Below are positions 50,001 to 54,452 of a stretch of 54,452 nucleotides of DNA, in pieces. Both the position numbers and the translations under genes were made by a program. The notes under the pieces were generated by a model. The model ran no database searches. It was given only the letters and a program-made list of their open reading frames with translations, and was not told the origin of the DNA. This stretch comes from Sphingomicrobium sp. (GTDB lineage Bacteria; Pseudomonadota; Alphaproteobacteria; Sphingomonadales; Sphingomonadaceae): the NCBI GenBank assembly GCA_035491735.1, contig DATJKE010000104.1, positions 1 through 54,452 of the forward strand. Direction: 5' to 3'. Positions within the stretch are counted from its first letter, which is position 1; each line of letters starts with the position of its first letter.

Positions 50001-50553
50001 CCTGGCTCTCGCCCGCCGGGAACAGGTCGACGATCGACCCGCGCACGGCATATTCGCCGGCGTCATGGACGGCATCGGTCCGCTGGTAGCCATTGGCCTG
50101 CAGCAGCTCGACCAGCCTGTCCCGCTCGATCCGCTCGCCTTCGGCCAGCCGCCGGGTCAGCTGGCGAATGCGGAACGGCGTCAGGTTCCGCTGAGTGGCC
50201 GCATTGGCCGTGGTCAGCAGCAGTTGCGGCCCCTTGCGCTTCCCCTGCAGCTTCTCGAGCGTAGCCAGCCGCTCCGCCATCACCCTCAGGGCCGGGGAGG
50301 CGCGGTCGTACGGCAGGCAGTCCCACGCCGGAAAGCTCAGCACCTCCACTTCGGGCGCAAACACCGGCACCGTGTCCTGCAGCGCGCGCATCGCCGCTTC
50401 GTCGGCGGCGATGATCACCGCCCGCCCGCCGGCTCCAGTGCCGTGCGCTGCCCGCGCAAGGTCGGCCGCGAGCCACGGGAGGAAACCCGCCGGTACTCCG
50501 GCCAGCGTCAGCGGCGACTGCGCTTTCAGGATGCGGTTTAGCGGTTCGCTCAC
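47059..50553 (-). CDS. mfd: Transcription-repair coupling factor Mfd
   Basis: [61 protein letters not shown]. Confidence 0.97.
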   Translation of the reverse strand: MSEPLNRILKAQSPLTLAGVPAGFLPWLAADLARAAHGTGAGGRAVIIAADEAAMRALQDTVPVFAPEVEVLSFPAWDCLPYDRASPALRVMAERLATLEKLQGKRKGPQLLLTTANAATQRNLTPFRIRQLTRRLAEGERIERDRLVELLQANGYQRTDAVHDAGEYAVRGSIVDLFPAGESQALRLDFFGDEIETMRRFDPADQRSIGKAGSFTLMPASEALLDEETVKRFRARYREQFGANATGDPLYQAISDGRRLAGMEHWLPLLEEKLATLSEHLGEDDVIVRDANTDGALEARHEAIEDYFANREKAMVAEPGSYRPLAPSALYLSSKEWRGTVARRPIHLATPFQEPESDKVIDFGVDGPRDFAPERTQGANVYEAVTKHVAKLRKDKKKIVLASYTAGARERLAGLLEDHGLKSLKPAESWQEALGSRTDAALIVLPLDHGFTGLEVAVLTEQDMLGDRLVRRKKRRKSADAFLAELAALTPGDLVVHMEHGIGRYEGLTSVMVGKAPHDCVALSYAGGDRLYVPVENIDVLTRYGGAGDGANLDRLGGEAWQRRKSRMKERIREIAGELIKTAAIRATRPGQVAEADSTLPEFVDRFPYEETDDQDRAIAEVLEDLGSGKPMDRLVCGDVGFGKTEVALRAAFVAAMAGYQVALICPTTLLARQHYRNFVERFQGFPIEIGRLSRLVPAGEAKTTRERLEQGKVDIVIGTHALLSKSIKFKKLGLVIVDEEQHFGVAHKEKLKALKEDVHVLTLTATPIPRTLQMAMSGLRELSVIQTPPVDRLAIRTYVAPWDAVVMREALLREHYRGGQSFLVAPRIADLPDLEEWLRDEVPEVKAVTAHGQMGASEVEERIGAFYDKKYDVLLSTTIVESGLDIPSANTLIVHRADRFGLAQLYQLRGRVGRSKTRAYAYLTTPPERSLTEGADKRLQVLANLDSLGAGFQLASHDLDIRGAGNLLGDEQSGHIKEVGFELYQSMLEDAILEQKSGAAERREEFTPQINVEAPILIPEHYVPDLDLRMGLYRRLGELEDRQGVEEFAAELIDRFGKLPSETQNLLQIVETKINCRKAMIAKLDVGAKGAVVTFAPSGFPDLAGLLDYVEKLKGAARLRPDSKLVISREWPTGEARLQGALQISRGLMRVLAAAEKKELEPA

Positions 50554-50810
50554 TTGGCGGTCCTGATGAAATCGAGGCGCTTGAAGGCGTCCATCATGGG
50601 TCCCTGATAACGCTCCGGCACGTCCTGCGTGCCGATCGCCCAGGCCATGATGTCGACGTCCTGCTCGGTCAGCAGCGCGGCGAACAGCGCTCGCTCATGC
50701 GCGTTCCACGACCCATGATGCGCGTCGAAAAAGCCGCCGATCATCATGTCCGCCTCGCGCGTCCCGCGATGCCAGGCACGGTACTTCAGCGCCCTCAGCA
50801 CGTCATCCAC
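50550..50810 (-). CDS. sdhE: Succinate dehydrogenase flavinylation/assembly factor SdhE
   Basis: YRAWHRGTREAD (RGxxE motif), 86 aa, between recG and mfd. Confidence 0.9.
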   Translation of the reverse strand: MDDVLRALKYRAWHRGTREADMMIGGFFDAHHGSWNAHERALFAALLTEQDVDIMAWAIGTQDVPERYQGPMMDAFKRLDFIRTAK

Positions 50811-50912
50811 GAACGGCTATCCTCCAACGCAAATTGACCCGCAGCGGAATCGCAGCGGGTTCGTGAAGAGCCCATGTAGGCAGTTGCGTTCCTCCTCGCT
50901 AGTGTCGCGCCG

Positions 50913-52970
50913 ATGCGCCCCGACGTGCTCAACCCGCTGTTCGCCGAAGTCGAAGCGCTGAAGGGCGTCGGGCCGGGCATTGCCAAGGGGCTGGCCAAGC
51001 TCGGCCTCACTCGGGCGATCGACCTTGCCTATCATCTGCCCACTGGGACAATCGACCGCGTCCGCGCTCCCCACGCCAGCCAGGCGTTGCTCGGCAGGAT
51101 CGTGGTGCTCGACGTCGTCCCCGTGGACGTTCGGGTCGGATCGGGAAAGGCGCCGCTTCGTATTTTTGCCCGCGATTCTGACGACAACACGCTAACCCTG
51201 ACCTTCTTCAACAATCCCGCCTGGGCGAAGAAGCAGTTGCCGCTACACGAGAAGCGCACCGTGATCGGCAAGCTCGATCAATGGGGGCAGGAGTGGCAGA
51301 TCGTCCATCCCGAGGTGCTTGAGCCCGCCAAGGCCGCGGAAGTCGCGCTTCGCGAGCCGGTCTATGGCCTGACCGAAGGCATTTCCAACAAACGCATGCG
51401 CGAACTGGCGCTGACCGCTCTCGATCGCGCGCCCGAGCTTCCCGAATGGATCGAGCCGTCGAAACAAGCCCGCGATCATTGGCCTGCCTGGCGCTCGGCA
51501 CTGGCCGAAATTCATTCCGATCCAGCCGCAACAGTCGCCCGTAAACGACTGTCATACGACGAGATTTTTGCCAATCAGCTAGCCCTGATGCTGCTCCGCC
51601 AGGTGGCGCGGCGCAAGAAAGGGGTGCCACTGCAGGGGGACGGCCGCCTCAGCGGAAAGCTGCAATTGCCTTACCGCCTGACCAACGCCCAGCAGCGCGT
51701 GGTCGGCGAAATCCGCGGCGATATGGCGCAAGACAAGCCGATGCTCCGCCTGCTTCAGGGCGATGTCGGCTCGGGCAAGACGCTGGTTGCGCTGCTGGCG
51801 ATGCTGGAGGCAGTCGAGGCCGGCGCCCAGGCGGCAATGCTCGCCCCGACCGAGATCCTCGCCCGCCAGCACCATGCAACACTGCAGCGCCAGTGCGAGG
51901 CGATCGGCGTCCGCATCGCCATCTTGACCGGCCGCGAGAAAGGCCGCGCTCGTGATTCCGTCCTGATGGGCCTCGCCGACGGCTCGATCGACATCCTCGT
52001 CGGCACCCACGCCATCTTCCAGCAGCATGTCGCCTACAAGAAGCTCGGCCTCATCGTGATCGACGAGCAGCATCGCTTCGGCGTCTCCCAGCGGCTGTTG
52101 CTCGCCGAAAAGGCCGAGCATCCGCCGCACCTGCTGGCGATGACCGCCACGCCCATCCCGCGCACGCTGACCCTGACCCATTATGGCGAGATGGATGTCA
52201 GCCGGATCGACGAGATGCCGCCGGGCCGCACGCCCGTCGAGACTCTGGTGATCAGCGATGCCAAGCTAGGCGACGTGATCGACGGCCTCGGCCGGCACCT
52301 GTCGGCGGGCGGCCAGGCCTATTGGGTCTGCCCGCTAGTTGAGGAGAGCGAGGCGATCGACGCCGCCGCGGCCGAAGAGCGGGCGAAGCTGCTGCGCTTT
52401 CGCTTCGGCGAGGACCGCGTCGGCCTGGTCCATGGCCGGATGAAGGGCACGGACAAGGATGATGTCATGGCGTCATTCGCCAATGGCGAGCTCGGCGTGC
52501 TGGTGGCGACGACGGTGATCGAGGTGGGGGTCGACGTGCCCAACGCCTCGCTGATCATCGTCGAGGGGGCCGAGCGGTTCGGCCTCGCCCAGCTCCACCA
52601 GCTGCGTGGCCGCGTCGGCCGCGGCGCCGCGGCCAGCCGCTGTATCCTGCTCCGCGGCCAGCAATTGAGCGAGACGGGCCGGGCGCGCCTCGCCCTGATG
52701 CGCGAAACCAACGACGGCTTCCGCATTGCCGAAGAGGATTTGAAACTGCGCGGACCTGGTGAGGTACTCGGCACCCGCCAGTCGGGCGACATCGAGTTCA
52801 AGGTCGCCAGCCAGGAGGACGTCGCCGAACTTGCGCCCATCGCCCAGGGCGATGCCCGCCTGCTGCTCGACCGAGACGGCGGCCTCGCCAGCGAACGAGG
52901 CCAGGCCGCGCGGTTGTGCCTTTACTTGTTCGAACGCGACGCGGCGGTCGGATTGCTCAGGAGCGGGTAA
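50913..52970 (+). CDS. recG: ATP-dependent DNA helicase RecG
   Basis: [57 protein letters not shown]. Confidence 0.97.
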   Translation: MRPDVLNPLFAEVEALKGVGPGIAKGLAKLGLTRAIDLAYHLPTGTIDRVRAPHASQALLGRIVVLDVVPVDVRVGSGKAPLRIFARDSDDNTLTLTFFNNPAWAKKQLPLHEKRTVIGKLDQWGQEWQIVHPEVLEPAKAAEVALREPVYGLTEGISNKRMRELALTALDRAPELPEWIEPSKQARDHWPAWRSALAEIHSDPAATVARKRLSYDEIFANQLALMLLRQVARRKKGVPLQGDGRLSGKLQLPYRLTNAQQRVVGEIRGDMAQDKPMLRLLQGDVGSGKTLVALLAMLEAVEAGAQAAMLAPTEILARQHHATLQRQCEAIGVRIAILTGREKGRARDSVLMGLADGSIDILVGTHAIFQQHVAYKKLGLIVIDEQHRFGVSQRLLLAEKAEHPPHLLAMTATPIPRTLTLTHYGEMDVSRIDEMPPGRTPVETLVISDAKLGDVIDGLGRHLSAGGQAYWVCPLVEESEAIDAAAAEERAKLLRFRFGEDRVGLVHGRMKGTDKDDVMASFANGELGVLVATTVIEVGVDVPNASLIIVEGAERFGLAQLHQLRGRVGRGAAASRCILLRGQQLSETGRARLALMRETNDGFRIAEEDLKLRGPGEVLGTRQSGDIEFKVASQEDVAELAPIAQGDARLLLDRDGGLASERGQAARLCLYLFERDAAVGLLRSG

Positions 52971-54186
52971 GCAACCCGTGCTTCTTCTTGCCGAGGCTGA
53001 GCTTCACCGGCGCGCCGCCAACATCGATCACCAGCATCGGGTCGCTGACAGCCTCGCCGTTGAGCCTGACTGCACCTTCACCGATCTTGCGCCGCGCTTC
53101 GCCATTCGACGCCGCAAAGCCTAGCCCCGTCAGCGCCTGGACCACGCCGATGCTGCCTTCGGGCACCTGCAGCGTCGGCAAATCCCCGCCGGCTGCACCT
53201 TCCTCGAAGGTCCGCCGCGCCGTCTCCGCGGCCGCTACGGCCGCCTCGCGCCCATGCAGCATGGCCGTCGTTTCATTGGCGAGAGCAATCTTGGCCTCGT
53301 TGATCGCCTGGCCTTCAAGCTTCGCCAGCCCCTCGATCCGCTCGAGTGGCAAGTCGGTGAACAGCTTCAGGAACTTGACCACATCCGCATCGGCCGTGTT
53401 CCGCCAGAATTGCCAATAGTCGTAGGCAGGCAGCTGGTCGGCGTTGAGCCACACCGCGCCTGATGCGGTCTTGCCCATCTTGGCCCCGTCGGCGGTGGTG
53501 ATGAGGGGCGTGGTGACGCCGAACAGCTCCAGCCCGTCCATCCGCCGGCCGAGGTCGACGCCGTTGACGATATTGCCCCACTGGTCCGACCCGCCCAGCT
53601 GCAGCACGCATTTGTGGCGCAAAGACAGCTCGCGGAAGTCATAGGCCTGGAGGATCATGTAATTGAATTCCAGGAAGGTCAGCGGCTGCTCGCGGTCGAG
53701 CCGCAATTTGACCGAATCGAAGGTCAACATACGGTTGATGGTGAAATGCGGGCCGACGGTCCTTAGCAGGTCGATATAGGCCAGCTGGTCGAGCCAGTCG
53801 GCATTGTCGACCATGATCGCATCGGTCGGGCCGTCCCCGAAGGTCAGGAAATGCTCGAACACCTTGCGGATCGAGGCGATATTTTCCTGGATCTTCTCAT
53901 GGGTGAGCAGCTTGCGGCTCTCATCCTTGCCGCTGGGGTCGCCGATCTTGGTCGTCCCGCCGCCCATCAACACGATCGGCTTGTGCCCGGCCTGCTGCAT
54001 CCGCCGTAGCATCATGATCTGCACCAGGCTGCCGACGTGCAGAGAAGGGGCGGTCGCGTCGAATCCGATGTAACCGGTCACCACCTCGCGTGACGCCAAG
54101 GCGTCCAGTCCCGCGGCATCAGTCGCCTGGTGGATATAGCCGCGCTCCTCGAGCAGGCGGAGTAGGGTGGAACCGTAGCCAGTCAT
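52957..54186 (-). CDS. tyrS: Tyrosine--tRNA ligase
   Basis: [15 protein letters not shown] (HIGH-like), [20 protein letters not shown]-terminal S4-like domain. Confidence 0.97.
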   Translation of the reverse strand: MTGYGSTLLRLLEERGYIHQATDAAGLDALASREVVTGYIGFDATAPSLHVGSLVQIMMLRRMQQAGHKPIVLMGGGTTKIGDPSGKDESRKLLTHEKIQENIASIRKVFEHFLTFGDGPTDAIMVDNADWLDQLAYIDLLRTVGPHFTINRMLTFDSVKLRLDREQPLTFLEFNYMILQAYDFRELSLRHKCVLQLGGSDQWGNIVNGVDLGRRMDGLELFGVTTPLITTADGAKMGKTASGAVWLNADQLPAYDYWQFWRNTADADVVKFLKLFTDLPLERIEGLAKLEGQAINEAKIALANETTAMLHGREAAVAAAETARRTFEEGAAGGDLPTLQVPEGSIGVVQALTGLGFAASNGEARRKIGEGAVRLNGEAVSDPMLVIDVGGAPVKLSLGKKKHGLLTRS

Positions 54187-54232
54187 GAACGGGCGCGTAG
54201 CACAAATCGCGCACGCGTCATCATAGTTGGAT

Positions 54233-54450
54233 TCAGGCGGTGGCGAGCCTTCGCTCGATCATCACGGAACCCCGGGTTCGACGCAGGTGGATCTCGGCCA
54301 AGACCAGATTGGTGATCCAGCCGAGCCAGGCAATCACGCCATAGGCAGCGAAGAAGTCGAAGCCCATCACGCCCGCAAGGGGAAGCATCAGGCGCAGTGT
54401 GATCGCGTTGGCGGTGATGGCGTAGGATCGGATCATCCACTCGCGGTGTG
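54233..54450 (-). CDS. Membrane protein, DUF2306-like, C-terminal part (5' truncated by window edge)
   Basis: Frame open from the window edge: [11 protein letters not shown]...ITLR followed by WLGW..NL..AE, typical of DUF2306 C-termini. Confidence 0.7.
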   Translation of the reverse strand, partial: HREWMIRSYAITANAITLRLMLPLAGVMGFDFFAAYGVIAWLGWITNLVLAEIHLRRTRGSVMIERRLATA

Positions 54451-54452
54451 TG

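Noticed and set aside
39427-54186. Functional link of putA (proline) and tyrS (tyrosine) to the Pro/Tyr-modifying cassette
   Set aside because: Core genes 16-30 kb away in unrelated transcription units; coincidence is the simpler explanation

Overview
High-GC alphaproteobacterial chromosome segment; gene order and protein styles suggest Sphingomonadaceae (inference). The backbone is housekeeping: 3' end of rplS, asd, ahcY, a DivL-type kinase, tsaE, amgK, murU, addB, addA, trxA, secA, putA, tRNA-Asn, NAD kinase, mfd, sdhE, recG and tyrS. The most striking accessory block is about 11.5 kb on the minus strand between ahcY and the DivL-type kinase, reading TonB-dependent receptor A, two translationally coupled TPR-sulfotransferases, paralogous TonB-dependent receptor B, and a Sel1-repeat prolyl-4-hydroxylase-like 2OG-Fe(II) oxygenase. 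All three enzymes lack signal peptides and carry helical protein-binding repeats. Receptor A has Tyr-rich variable segments (PYFGYF twice, SYFYMYRNY) that receptor B lacks, receptor B has Pro-Gly motifs, and both genes share an 18-bp upstream palindrome. I propose, as a hypothesis only, a system that post-translationally modifies the outer-membrane receptors or their cargo. Other points of note: a TIR-TM-TPR receptor-like protein, two paralogous stand-alone DUF4118-like membrane proteins with a conserved unnamed C-terminal domain, a 54-aa antisense gene between addB and addA missed by the ORF track, and a multi-hairpin element downstream of tRNA-Asn. No integrase, transposase, rRNA or CRISPR array was seen.
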